Part shown: piece after piece, positions 1-9,032 of the stretch
Numbering within the stretch: the stretch's first letter is position 1
Layout of the letters: every line of letters begins with the position of its first letter
Source of the DNA: a virus
Length of the DNA stretch: 64,000 nt
Direction: 5' to 3' (one strand)
IMG/VR virus record: IMGVR_UViG_3300025617_000001
Location: 2,249 to 66,248 of that record
Translations under genes and position numbers: made by a program
Notes under the pieces: generated by a model
Database searches by the model: none
What the model was told of the DNA's origin: nothing
Seen by the model: only the letters and a program-made list of their open reading frames with translations

Positions 1-215
1 CCAGTGCCGTTAAGTCCTGTACCTGCAGTTATAGATGTAATATCACCAGATACATCAATCCAGTTAGAACCATCATATACGTATAGCTTGTCGTCTGTTG
101 TGTTAAAATATACCTGACCTTCTACAGGATTTGATGGTGCCGTTGCTGTCGGGTGCAGCGTAGCGTTTTGTAACTGATTGTTACTTAAGTTAATGTTAGA
201 TAAATACCTTGCCAT
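1..215 (-). CDS. Virion/tail fibre protein, N-terminal part (runs off window edge)
   Basis: ATG at 215; reads MARYLSNINLSNNQLQNATLHPTATAPSNPVEGQVYFNTTDDKLYVYDGSNW, with a typical fibre 'P..G..YF.T....LY.YDG..W' motif. Confidence 0.75.
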   Translation of the reverse strand, partial: MARYLSNINLSNNQLQNATLHPTATAPSNPVEGQVYFNTTDDKLYVYDGSNWIDVSGDITSITAGTGLNGT

Positions 216-218
216 AGT

Positions 219-920
219 TTAGTTTAAGTATGCTTTACCGGATATGCTACCGTTAAAAGTTATAGTTAGTTCGTTTTGTGCTAAATAGTAAATGTCTCCT
301 ATGACAACATTACCGCCATCATCGACGACTGTTACAGAAGGAAACTTGTTTAAAGCGTGACTCACAGTCCATATAGACTGAGCTGTTACTTGCGTGTGTA
401 CGTGTGTTTTATCGCCTGAAGCATAAACCGTAGACAGCGTTAATGTTTCACCGCCTGTTATAGTTCCGTTACTTGAGATGACATCTACATTAATTCTTAT
501 TACATCATTAGGCAAAGAATTAATTGATTGCATACGGAAAACACCAAAGTTGGTTGTATCATCACCGTTTCTAATCTCTAGTATAGCGTCTCCGTTATAA
601 GATGCTGATAAAAAGTCAGATATATTATTGCCAGATGCGTTATACTTACTTAAGTATATTTGAGTGACACCTGAAAAAGGCGTGTTAGTAACTGACTTAT
701 TGTTAAAAGAACATTTACCGCTACCTATAGAAAGTGAAGTAGAAGTTTGGTCATATATAAAAGCAAACTTGTCACCTAGTATCTGGTCTTGTTTACCAAA
801 AAATGTAGACAAGTCGTCTAACTTGTAGTTCCTAGTTCTTTTTGTTCTACCATCAGAACCTATAACAAAGTCGTCGCTTGTTACGTCTTGATCAAATTGA
901 TATTTACTTATTCTTGCCAT
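219..920 (-). CDS. Virion/tail-associated protein
   Basis: 233 aa; N-terminus homologous to that of the 1076-aa fibre (MARI..Y..D...T.DD...GS...RTRNY.LDDL..F). Confidence 0.7.
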   Translation of the reverse strand: MARISKYQFDQDVTSDDFVIGSDGRTKRTRNYKLDDLSTFFGKQDQILGDKFAFIYDQTSTSLSIGSGKCSFNNKSVTNTPFSGVTQIYLSKYNASGNNISDFLSASYNGDAILEIRNGDDTTNFGVFRMQSINSLPNDVIRINVDVISSNGTITGGETLTLSTVYASGDKTHVHTQVTAQSIWTVSHALNKFPSVTVVDDGGNVVIGDIYYLAQNELTITFNGSISGKAYLN

Positions 921-935
921 TTATTGCTTTTATTT

Positions 936-1676
936 CTATTGATTACCTCCTCCTGGTCTTTCGCCAAGACCTCCGCCTCCGCCTCCACCGCCTGAACCTG
1001 CGGCTTGTGTAATAGTTATAGTATGGGAAAGATTTGCTGTTGAGTAACAGCTACCACTAATATAAATACTTAAAGTTAGTGATCTTGAACTAGTAGTACT
1101 ATTTGTGGCTACATTTAAATACCTAACTGTACTTCCACTAGTAGCTGTAAAACTTATGTTTTGATTACCAGTTCCTCCTGTAGTATCAGACGTGCTACTT
1201 AATCCAGCCCATGATTGGTTTATTTCCATATATATAATTGCTCCAGTACCTTTTGGCGTGTAGTTTAAGTCAGCTTCCCACCTTAAACTTTGTCCTGCCG
1301 CAGCTACACTAATAGAAGATCCCGAAAAGCAAGCCGTATTATTGTTGAGTTTCATGCACCCTAATTCTCTATTACCTACATGACCCTTAAATTCTGACAT
1401 CGCATAAGGAGTAGCTAGATAACCACTACCTTGTTCTAGGTTAGGGTCGTAAGGCGCGTCAACGGTAAAACCGTTTACAGTCCACTCATTAGTCATAGGT
1501 GGACAAAAGTCAAAATCACTACCATTAGCGTCACCTCCACGAGTAAGGTCATACATAGAGATATTAGTAAGGTTTACAGTAGAACCGCTAACATAACCAT
1601 TAACACCTACATCATTATACCTTCGTTCTTTAGCAACACCACGCATTGATATTGCCCCGCTAGTTGGTACTGCCAT
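936..1676 (-). CDS. Tail fibre tip/adhesin-like protein with BACON-like C-terminal domain
   Basis: MAVPTSGAISM start directly after a fibre gene; W..N..R..Q pattern (SWAGLS..ATNSTTSSRSLTL..TITITQAAG); Gly tail. Confidence 0.55.
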   Translation of the reverse strand: MAVPTSGAISMRGVAKERRYNDVGVNGYVSGSTVNLTNISMYDLTRGGDANGSDFDFCPPMTNEWTVNGFTVDAPYDPNLEQGSGYLATPYAMSEFKGHVGNRELGCMKLNNNTACFSGSSISVAAAGQSLRWEADLNYTPKGTGAIIYMEINQSWAGLSSTSDTTGGTGNQNISFTATSGSTVRYLNVATNSTTSSRSLTLSIYISGSCYSTANLSHTITITQAAGSGGGGGGGGLGERPGGGNQ

Positions 1677-4600
1677 TGATTATTGATTTTAGTTCTTCAA
1701 TTTGGTTTTGCTGTTCTTTTACAGCTTCTATTAATAAAGCCACTATTCTATCATACTTAACAGCTTTATATCCATTAGATCTTGTAGAAACAATTTCAGG
1801 TAGTATTTCTTCTATTTCTTGCGCAATAACACCTATATCGTGTCCTTGATAAGTATCTTGTTTATTATTCCAGTCAAACTCATAACCACCTATACTTTTT
1901 ACTTTATCTATAGGATTTGTTATTGTTTTTATATTTTCTTTTAATCTACGGTCGGATGTACCATAAGCAATAATATCACCTGTTGCTGTTAAAGTACCAT
2001 CTATTGTATCACTCTGATCTTTTCTAAGGTATCTAGTGTCGTGATTGTGTGAACTAGAAGCAGCACTTATTAGAGTTCTAACTTCTGCAGCTGTTACACC
2101 TGTAGCTAGTGTTGGCGTTCCACCACCGCTAAATATACCAGGCTCTGCATAAACAGTTGGTTTGTTTGTTAAATCATCATAGTCTCCACTAAAGCTACTA
2201 GTACCAGAGCCAATCAAGGTTCTTACTTCTGCAGCGGTAACACCTGTAGTTAACTGAGGATTACCACTACCATCTGCATATATAGCTGGCGTATCAGTTG
2301 AAACTGTCCCTGTTGTATACGATTGTACGTGACCGTATGAGTCAAAGTCAAGATTCTGAATAAAAGTTTGACCAGTGTTATTGGAATCTGTAACACTACT
2401 AGTATTAGGGTGAGATGATGAAGAGGTAAACGAAACATTACCTTGAACCTCTAAGTCGCCTTCTATGATAGTTGTATGCGATCCTCCTGTAGTTGTAGAC
2501 TTTCTAAGTGTTATCTCATCAGCTTTTAAGAAAAGCTTCTTAGAACCGCCATAAACATCAAGGGTCATGTGATGATTACCAGTCGTTGTAGTTCCGTTGC
2601 CAGAATACATGTAAGCAACACCACCAAACTGTAAAAAACCAGGACTTAATTGATTTGAAGCGTCATCAAAGTTAGTACCACCAGCCCAAGAGTTAAAGTT
2701 GATCTTGTGACCAAATAGCCTGTATTTAGATCCACCAGTATCATTTTGTATCTCAAACCTAGATGACGTATCACCTGCTTTAATAGTTGTGCTACCCGAT
2801 GTAGATACTAAAAATCTATTATTGATATTTAGACCACCAGTGAAAGTACCAGTAGCAGCAGATATATCACCTGAGAATGTGGCGTTACCATTAGAATCAA
2901 TAGAAAACTCATTTGATGTTATACCATTTGAATTTAAAGTAACACCACCAAATGTACCAGAAGCTGCAGATATATCTCCAGAAAAGCTTCCTGACACACC
3001 ATTTAACGGTACATTTAACTGTAATCCGTTAGAGTCAAGTAAAAATGGTGCTTGTGAAGCTGGAGAAGATTCTGAACCTGTAAAAATCTTAAACACGTCA
3101 GCGTTAAAGGCGATGGCTGAGCTTGAAACTCCGTCGTCACTAGCGTCTGCAGAAAGCTTCATACCTGCTACAGCGTTACCCGCCGTTACTTGTAAACCGT
3201 ATTGAGCGTTTAAGTTTCCGTTGGCTTCAGCTGCTGCCGATCTGTTTTCTTCTACACTTGCTACAAGGCCTGAGCTTGCATCACCTACAGTAGCCTCTAA
3301 TGTCTCTACTTTACTTGCCGTGGCCGAGTTGTCATCTACATAAGTAGATATTTCTTCAAAGTAATCTGCTTTTGTAGCTACTTGTAAATCACCGTTAGCG
3401 TCTAGTATTTCTAATACTGCGTTTAGGTTAGTAACTCTACTTGCTTCTGCGCTAATGTCTGAAGCATTTGTATTTATATCTTCAGTGGCAGATGATTTAA
3501 ACGTTTGAAACTCACCATCTTCTAAAACATTCCAAGTATTCGGCGTGCCCGACGTTAGAATATACCTTTTATTGTCGTCGTCGGTGTCAAACCATAACGA
3601 CCCTAACGGGCTATCAACAGGCGGTGCGTCGTTCTGTTTGAATATAAGAGGTATGTTGCCTACTTCTGTTTCTATAGTGTCAACCCTTGATGTAGACGCG
3701 TAGCTTGGTAGTGATAAAGCATCTACGATAGTTTCCATTGAAGCGTTACTTACGCTAAACGTGTTTGTTTCAGCATCGTAAGAACCAAACGTGGTGCCAA
3801 TAGAATCTACCTTTTGTGCTGTAGCAGAGCCCGTATCCGCATACGTTTTAACCTCTTCAAAGTAATCAGAGTTAGAGTCAATAGTAAACGTATCTGTAAC
3901 TGGATCGTATACACCAAACTGAGCAGTAAGCGTTGTTGTTTTACTAGCTAGTGCGCTCTGATCTGTAGATAACGTGTTAACCGTTTCTTGTAGCTCAGCG
4001 GTACTTTGTATAAGATCACCTAGTGCTTCTGAGCTTGTAGCCTGCCAGAACACGCTTGGCGTTTGGCTTAAATCCTCTGTAAGTATATAAAGAGCGTTAC
4101 TATCATTAGTATCCACCCATATAGAACCTAATGGGTTTATAAGCTCGTTTTGAGCATCGTAAATAGCAGGCTCATCATCTTGTCGTATTGTAACAGGTAT
4201 ATTACTTACCTGGGTTTGAAGTTCTGTAAGTTGAGATGCCGTAGCGTATTCTGACGATGTTGTTGTACTAAATACTTCGTTTGCAAAAGCCTCTGATATA
4301 GTTACTGCACCGTTTGCACCTACCGTACCAAAGCTGGAACCTAAGTTAGTTACAAATTGCGAAGTTGCAAATGTATCTGAGGTAGTAGTAGTCATTACCT
4401 GGTTAGCGAAAGACTCTGCTAAACTAACTAAGTTACCGTCTTCGTCAAACGTTCCGACAGAAGTAGCTAGGTTGGTTACAAACTGCGCGTTAGCATATCT
4501 GTCCGATGCTGTAGTTTGAAGCACTTGATCTGCAAAAGACTGCGATAAGCTTTGTAGTACACCCTGATCATTGAACGTCCCAAAGGTAGCGGCAAGGTTA

Positions 4601-4890
4601 GTTTGAAACGTAGCCTGCGCTAACTGGTCGTTTGCTATAGTAGTAATGCTCTGGTTAGCCGATGCTATTGCAATACTGTTATCATTTATATCTACAGCTA
4701 ACTGGCTAAGGTCGTAGTTTACACCATCTAAATCAAAGTTACGGCTAAAGTACTCTGCCAGGTCATCAAGCCTATAGTTGCGTGTTCTATATACAGCCCC
4801 TGCTTGACCCTGCCCTTCGTATGAAGAACCTACCAATAAGTCATCATTGGTGATATTAGTGTCTTTAATATAGTTTTTTATCCTAGCCAT
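1660..4890 (-). CDS. Tail fibre/spike with C-terminal intramolecular chaperone (peptidase S74)
   Basis: 1076 aa; SDRRLKENI...IGVIAQEIEEILPE...YDRIVALLIEAVKE; coiled-coil and beta-repeat segments. Confidence 0.9.
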   Translation of the reverse strand: MARIKNYIKDTNITNDDLLVGSSYEGQGQAGAVYRTRNYRLDDLAEYFSRNFDLDGVNYDLSQLAVDINDNSIAIASANQSITTIANDQLAQATFQTNLAATFGTFNDQGVLQSLSQSFADQVLQTTASDRYANAQFVTNLATSVGTFDEDGNLVSLAESFANQVMTTTTSDTFATSQFVTNLGSSFGTVGANGAVTISEAFANEVFSTTTSSEYATASQLTELQTQVSNIPVTIRQDDEPAIYDAQNELINPLGSIWVDTNDSNALYILTEDLSQTPSVFWQATSSEALGDLIQSTAELQETVNTLSTDQSALASKTTTLTAQFGVYDPVTDTFTIDSNSDYFEEVKTYADTGSATAQKVDSIGTTFGSYDAETNTFSVSNASMETIVDALSLPSYASTSRVDTIETEVGNIPLIFKQNDAPPVDSPLGSLWFDTDDDNKRYILTSGTPNTWNVLEDGEFQTFKSSATEDINTNASDISAEASRVTNLNAVLEILDANGDLQVATKADYFEEISTYVDDNSATASKVETLEATVGDASSGLVASVEENRSAAAEANGNLNAQYGLQVTAGNAVAGMKLSADASDDGVSSSAIAFNADVFKIFTGSESSPASQAPFLLDSNGLQLNVPLNGVSGSFSGDISAASGTFGGVTLNSNGITSNEFSIDSNGNATFSGDISAATGTFTGGLNINNRFLVSTSGSTTIKAGDTSSRFEIQNDTGGSKYRLFGHKINFNSWAGGTNFDDASNQLSPGFLQFGGVAYMYSGNGTTTTGNHHMTLDVYGGSKKLFLKADEITLRKSTTTGGSHTTIIEGDLEVQGNVSFTSSSSHPNTSSVTDSNNTGQTFIQNLDFDSYGHVQSYTTGTVSTDTPAIYADGSGNPQLTTGVTAAEVRTLIGSGTSSFSGDYDDLTNKPTVYAEPGIFSGGGTPTLATGVTAAEVRTLISAASSSHNHDTRYLRKDQSDTIDGTLTATGDIIAYGTSDRRLKENIKTITNPIDKVKSIGGYEFDWNNKQDTYQGHDIGVIAQEIEEILPEIVSTRSNGYKAVKYDRIVALLIEAVKEQQNQIEELKSIINGSTN

Positions 4891-5133
4891 TTACTTACAG
4901 TTGTTCTTTCTAGTTCCTTTACCATGGCCTGAACGGTTAGCTTTAACCGATACAAACTTTTTCTTTGTATGGTCGTAGTCCTTACCGTTAATATCCTTCC
5001 CAGCTTTAATTGCAGCTCTGCGCTTTCTCTGATTCTCGGCCTTCATCTTCCGACGCCGTGGAGTCATCGCTGCCGCAATATCTCGCTTACGTTTAGCCAG
5101 CAATGCTTTTTTTGATAATTTCTGTTTTGCCAT
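4891..5133 (-). CDS. Small basic protein, minimal HNH-like motif
   Basis: Likely start ATG 5133 (MAKQKLS); GKDYDH...VSVKANRS resembles degenerate small phage HNH proteins. Confidence 0.5.
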   Translation of the reverse strand: MAKQKLSKKALLAKRKRDIAAAMTPRRRKMKAENQRKRRAAIKAGKDINGKDYDHTKKKFVSVKANRSGHGKGTRKNNCK

Positions 5134-5172
5134 AAGTAAGCTATTACATATAAGCATCGTAAATTAAAGGGG

Positions 5173-5215
5173 GCGACAATAGCCTCTACTCTTATATCTT
5201 AAGGCTTAATGTCAC
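5173..5215. promoter_or_regulatory. Spaced palindromic site, copy A
   Basis: GCGACAATAGCC-N18-GGCTTAATGTCAC; related copies at 7169 and 14174. Confidence 0.7.
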
Positions 5216-5470
5216 ACATTACCCGAATTAGTATGGCTACGCTAAAAGCGAGCCTAGTGTCATCTTTTTTAGGGGTTAGATATTTAGGGGTTGGGTATTA
5301 TACCTATACTTTACAGTACACAACACGAAAGGGAAAACGCTTTAGAAAACCCCACGGGCCCCGTAACAGGGCGTAAGCCTAGAAATGTTTTGGCTTTTGC
5401 TGCAGACACTATACGGACCTCAACACTATACTATTTTGTACAGCGCGCCCCGCGCGTGTATAGCAAAGTG

Positions 5471-5637
5471 CAGACTCTCTACGAGTTGAGTTAGATAATA
5501 TATATGTACTGAGTTACTGACAGAGCCAAGAGCAAATGCAGACAGAGTACGAGTGGAGTTGGATAATATATTTGATTAAAAAATAAATAAATAAAAAAAT
5601 ATAATAACAGAATTAATACGAGTTATATCAGATAATA
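5471..5637 (+). promoter_or_regulatory. Three tandem early promoter-like motifs (5471-5500, 5539-5568, 5608-5637)
   Basis: Each matches CAGA-N5-TACGA-N9-GATAATA; upstream of the first early gene. Confidence 0.8.
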
Positions 5638-5679
5638 TAATAAATTAAAATAAATAATAACTAAATTAAATTAATTACT

Positions 5680-5901
5680 ATGCAAACAAAAAGATTCGTA
5701 ATTCGCAAATCACTAGTTGGAAAGAATGTTACAATTACATTCACAAATGCCAAAGGCCAAGTGTACAAGTACAATCATGATGAAGTGTACAATGCTAACA
5801 AGAAAAAGCTTGAAGCTATGAACTGCTTTCAAAAGTACAAAAGCTACACAGCTACAAACAATGTGCCTTCATTCGCTAAAGAGTTACTCATCACTGAGTA
5901 G
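5680..5901 (+). CDS. Early hypothetical protein, paralog 1
   Basis: 73 aa, clearly homologous to 6873-7091 (KRFVIRKSL.GKN..ITFTN...YNHDEV...YKSYTATNNVPSFAK). Confidence 0.85.
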   Translation: MQTKRFVIRKSLVGKNVTITFTNAKGQVYKYNHDEVYNANKKKLEAMNCFQKYKSYTATNNVPSFAKELLITE

Positions 5902-5920
5902 CTCTTAGCTAAACCAAAAG

Positions 5921-5950
5921 CAGATATACTACGATATGGTCTTGATAATA
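5921..5950 (+). promoter_or_regulatory. Early promoter-like motif
   Basis: CAGA tatac TACGA tatggtctt GATAATA, followed by tctttg. Confidence 0.8.
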
Positions 5951-5995
5951 TCTTTGATAACAATAATAACAATATTAATTACTAAATACTAAATT

Positions 5996-6277
5996 ATGTC
6001 ACAATTAATCAGTAACTGCTGCGGTGCAAGTCCGTGGCTCGGTAACGAACAGTTAGAACGTTGCGCTGAGTGCCTTGAGCACTGCGAGTTCGAAACCGAA
6101 GACAAAACGTTCTCTAAGAGATTCTTTCTGGGTTCACTAGCCTCTAAGTTGTTCATCTTACACAACGTACAACAAAGAGGCTTAGGATCAGCCAGACGTG
6201 AACTAATGGGTATGGATCTTCCTATCTCAGATGTTCAAGAGGTAAGTAGAATGTTAATACACATGTGCCATGAGTAA
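5996..6277 (+). CDS. Early hypothetical protein with Cys-rich Zn-binding N-terminus
   Basis: SNCCGA...RCAECLEHC. Confidence 0.75.
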   Translation: MSQLISNCCGASPWLGNEQLERCAECLEHCEFETEDKTFSKRFFLGSLASKLFILHNVQQRGLGSARRELMGMDLPISDVQEVSRMLIHMCHE

Positions 6278-6458
6278 ATTTGTAGATCAACCAGCTGAAA
6301 AGATAGCTGAACAGTTAGAGAGGGTTATTCAGTTCAAGAAGGATAATCCTCTGTTAGCTGACCTTGTAAAGATACGTGCATGGGAAAAATGGTGTACAAG
6401 CTATGAGTACCGTAAGAATGAATGGGAGTGGAGACAGAAGTACTTTGCAAACCGTTAA
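6270..6458 (+). CDS. Early hypothetical protein
   Basis: 62 aa, overlaps the upstream stop. Confidence 0.65.
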   Translation: MSKFVDQPAEKIAEQLERVIQFKKDNPLLADLVKIRAWEKWCTSYEYRKNEWEWRQKYFANR

Positions 6459-6485
6459 TAGCACCTCGCCAGAGGTGTATAGCAG

Positions 6486-6515
6486 CAGACACGGTACGGG
6501 AACAGTTTGATAATA
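6486..6515 (+). promoter_or_regulatory. Early promoter-like motif
   Basis: CAGA cacgg TACGG gaacagttt GATAATA. Confidence 0.75.
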
Positions 6516-6538
6516 TAACTGAATAAAAAATAAATATT

Positions 6539-6685
6539 ATGCCAAAAAAAATGTCACCATCGGAAATTAAAAACCACATCGAACGCCTTGAAGCTGTTGA
6601 GGCAAAATACCAACACCTGTACGATACCTTCGAGGATCACGACGACTGGGTATGGTTTATCGGTGAACGTATGGCAGAGGAATAA
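6539..6685 (+). CDS. Small early protein, 48 aa (not in ORF track)
   Basis: MPKKMSPSEIKNHIERLEAVEAKYQHLYDTFEDHDDWVWFIGERMAEE, directly after the motif and an A-rich leader. Confidence 0.7.
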   Translation: MPKKMSPSEIKNHIERLEAVEAKYQHLYDTFEDHDDWVWFIGERMAEE

Positions 6686-6805
6686 TCCCTGCCACCTAAC
6701 ATAGAGTAATTACTTGGCCTGGTTTTGAAATAGGATCGGAAGAGTAGACTCCGTCATACTCTATACTTAAGTGCTATACACGAGTGAAGTAAAGAATAAA
6801 AGTTG

Positions 6806-6835
6806 CAGACAGGATACGAGATCAGATCGATAATA
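6806..6835 (+). promoter_or_regulatory. Early promoter-like motif
   Basis: CAGA cagga TACGA gatcagatc GATAATA. Confidence 0.8.
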
Positions 6836-6872
6836 TAACTGTTCAATAATTAATAACTTAAATTTTATTACT

Positions 6873-7091
6873 ATGACTACAAAAAGATTCGTTATCAGAA
6901 AATCATTACTTGGAAAAAATGAAGTAATTACCTTCACTAACAAGAAAGGTGAAACCTTCAAGTACAACCACGACGAAGTATTCAAAGCGAACAAAGAAAA
7001 ACTCGAAGCGATGCCTTGCTTCCAGAAGTACAAATCTTACACTGCTACGAATAACGTACCATCCTTCGCTAAAGATCTACTACTGAAGTAA
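6873..7091 (+). CDS. Early hypothetical protein, paralog 2
   Basis: 72 aa, homologous to 5680-5901. Confidence 0.85.
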   Translation: MTTKRFVIRKSLLGKNEVITFTNKKGETFKYNHDEVFKANKEKLEAMPCFQKYKSYTATNNVPSFAKDLLLK

Positions 7092-7102
7092 GATCTTAAA
7101 AG

Positions 7103-7126
7103 TATGCGCTCCTTCGGGAGCGTGTA
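7103..7126 (+). terminator. Stable hairpin with cUUCGg loop (terminator or 3' stabiliser)
   Basis: TATGCGCTCC-TTCG-GGAGCGTGTA; no strong U-tract follows. Confidence 0.55.
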
Positions 7127-7168
7127 TAGCACTTCACTTCACCTTTACCAGAATCACCACGAAGCAGG

Positions 7169-7212
7169 GTGACAATTGCCTCGGAATATACTACTTATAA
7201 GGCTACTGTCAC
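7169..7212. promoter_or_regulatory. Spaced palindromic site, copy B
   Basis: GTGACAATTGCC-N20-GGCTACTGTCAC. Confidence 0.7.
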
Positions 7213-7305
7213 ACTTTTTCTTAAGACACACTCAGAAGCGTGGTTTTATACCTCTCCCTACTTTTTAAACTATAACTAAACTATCCACTTTATATTACAC
7301 TTTTG

Positions 7306-7335
7306 CAGATATAATACGATGCGAGTAAGATAATA
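7306..7335 (+). promoter_or_regulatory. Early promoter-like motif
   Basis: CAGA tataa TACGA tgcgagtaa GATAATA. Confidence 0.8.
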
Positions 7336-7371
7336 TAACTGTAATTAATAAATAACTTAAAATTTATAACT

Positions 7372-7560
7372 ATGACTATTAAATTTACTTCAAAAAGCAA
7401 ACGACCTTATTTAAAGTTCAACCATTCTAAGTACTATGGTTTTAAGATCAGTAAACTACCTAAAGCGTTCGCTGAAATAACCTCGGAAGAACCAATTAAC
7501 GAGTGGTTCAACTACGCTGGCTTTACTTTTATACACCAATCTTATATTAAAACAGTATAA
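7372..7560 (+). CDS. Early hypothetical protein
   Basis: 62 aa after motif; AACT-ATG start. Confidence 0.7.
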   Translation: MTIKFTSKSKRPYLKFNHSKYYGFKISKLPKAFAEITSEEPINEWFNYAGFTFIHQSYIKTV

Positions 7561-7562
7561 CT

Positions 7563-7703
7563 ATGATAAGTATATTACAAGTATTAGAACAAGGTGGTTT
7601 AGAGTACGACGGAGTATGGATCACTGATATTTACTACGACGAGACAGGTAGACACGAAGTAGATCCTCGCGAGTATTATAATATTAACTTTAAACTAGAT
7701 TAA
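7563..7703 (+). CDS. Small early protein, 46 aa (not in track)
   Basis: MISILQVLEQGGLEYDGVWITDIYYDETGRHEVDPREYYNINFKLD; TAACT-ATG coupling. Confidence 0.65.
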   Translation: MISILQVLEQGGLEYDGVWITDIYYDETGRHEVDPREYYNINFKLD

Positions 7704-7705
7704 CT

Positions 7706-7912
7706 ATGATCTTTGAACTTGAAATAGAATTTTACTTAACTGAAGAACAAAAGAAAGAGTATGGTATGGAAGACTTCATTATCTATGTAGAATCTAGCAC
7801 ACCTTACGTTACTCCTGAGCTCTTAGAGTCAGAGTATAATATGGCGACGGATTGCCACGATGCACTATTACAACCTTTCAAACTATTAACTTCTAGGTGG
7901 ATAAAACTATAA
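7706..7912 (+). CDS. Early acidic hypothetical protein
   Basis: 68 aa; TAACT-ATG. Confidence 0.7.
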   Translation: MIFELEIEFYLTEEQKKEYGMEDFIIYVESSTPYVTPELLESEYNMATDCHDALLQPFKLLTSRWIKL

Positions 7913-7917
7913 CTACA

Positions 7918-8049
7918 ATGGATAAGAATACTATTGAAAAATTAAAGCAATTATTTCCTTATAAATCAGAGTACGATCCAGACAAGTATATGGAAACAGT
8001 GATGGATTATATATACTCTGAAATAGTAGACGAACTAATTACAAATTAA
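7918..8049 (+). CDS. Small early protein, 43 aa (not in track)
   Basis: MDKNTIEKLKQLFPYKSEYDPDKYMETVMDYIYSEIVDELITN. Confidence 0.6.
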   Translation: MDKNTIEKLKQLFPYKSEYDPDKYMETVMDYIYSEIVDELITN

Positions 8050-8071
8050 ATACGATTGAAGTAAGATAATA
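8042..8071 (+). promoter_or_regulatory. Early promoter-like motif (variant)
   Basis: CAAA ttaaa TACGA ttgaagtaa GATAATA. Confidence 0.7.
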
Positions 8072-8092
8072 TAATAAACTAATATAATAATT

Positions 8093-8573
8093 ATGAAGAA
8101 TTTATTACTAAACTACGATCGCGAAGAAATATTCGACAAAGTTGTAGAAACTGAAATCTTTGATTACTACATGGATAAACTCCACATGGACGACTTCTGT
8201 ACACTTCAAAACGACATAGCGTACTTCATCAGTACATTAGAAACTAAAATAGTAAAAGAATAACTATGAGTTATACTAGAGAAGAACTAGAGAAGCGCGA
8301 CTTGTTGCTATACATCGACTTTCAACGTATCTGCGAAGAATTCGACTTAGACGAAGGTGGACTGGCGCCTGAGCAACACTTAGAACTAGAAAATATATTA
8401 ATAGAATTTATACTACAGAATAAATGGCAAAATCAAGACAAGTAACAGTAAAATTAACCTCATGGCAATCAGAAAAAGATTTAAACAAAGTATTAGAAGA
8501 AATATTCTGGGACTCGAAGTATTCTTACGAGTTCGACACTAACGAGTGGGAGATCGATGAAGTTGCAGATTAA
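8093..8573 (+). CDS. Three small acidic early ORFs (8093-8263, 8266-8445, 8424-8573; not in track)
   Basis: Tightly packed ORFs MKNLLLNYDREE..., MSYTREELEKRD..., MAKSRQVTVKLT... Confidence 0.6.
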
Positions 8574-8595
8574 ATACGACTGAAGTAAGATAATA
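8566..8595 (+). promoter_or_regulatory. Early promoter-like motif
   Basis: CAGA ttaaa TACGA ctgaagtaa GATAATA. Confidence 0.8.
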
Positions 8596-8619
8596 TTCAT
8601 GTAACAAAAATTAATAACT

Positions 8620-8871
8620 ATGCAAGATTACTTAACAACTCCAATTACCAATAACGAGCAAGCCAAAAAATATATCTGCGACTTGTACTTTGACGGCAAA
8701 CTGTACCATTTAGATGAGTCAGCAAGTATTATTATTAATATTAAAACAGGCGAAGACTTTTTTACGCCTGAAGAGTGCGAGCTTCTCGATAAAAGACGAG
8801 ACGAAGTATTCGAGCACATGGAAATAGATCCACATCAACTTTGTTGTGCTTTGCATGATATTAAACTTTAA
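8620..8871 (+). CDS. Early hypothetical protein
   Basis: 83 aa after motif. Confidence 0.75.
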   Translation: MQDYLTTPITNNEQAKKYICDLYFDGKLYHLDESASIIINIKTGEDFFTPEECELLDKRRDEVFEHMEIDPHQLCCALHDIKL

Positions 8872-8882
8872 AATTAAACGCT

Positions 8883-9032
8883 ATGTATTTAACAGAACAA
8901 GAATTAGCATTAGTATTCGAGAATATGAAGTTTGCACTCGAGCACTTGACCGATGACTTTACTGATCCAGTATTCACCGATCACTACAGAAAAGATATAG
9001 ATTTATTAAATAAAATAAGCAATACGTTATGA
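8883..9032 (+). CDS. Small early protein, 49 aa (not in track)
   Basis: MYLTEQELALVFENMKFALEHLTDDFTDPVF...; ATGA overlap with the next gene. Confidence 0.6.
   Translation: MYLTEQELALVFENMKFALEHLTDDFTDPVFTDHYRKDIDLLNKISNTL

Noticed and set aside
5291-5494. 67-aa ORF in the control region
   Set aside because: TTG start, runs through GC palindromes and regulatory motifs, atypical composition
6690-6770. Possible tRNA
   Set aside because: No T-loop GTTC, D-loop or proper cloverleaf spacing; no tRNA recognised anywhere in the window
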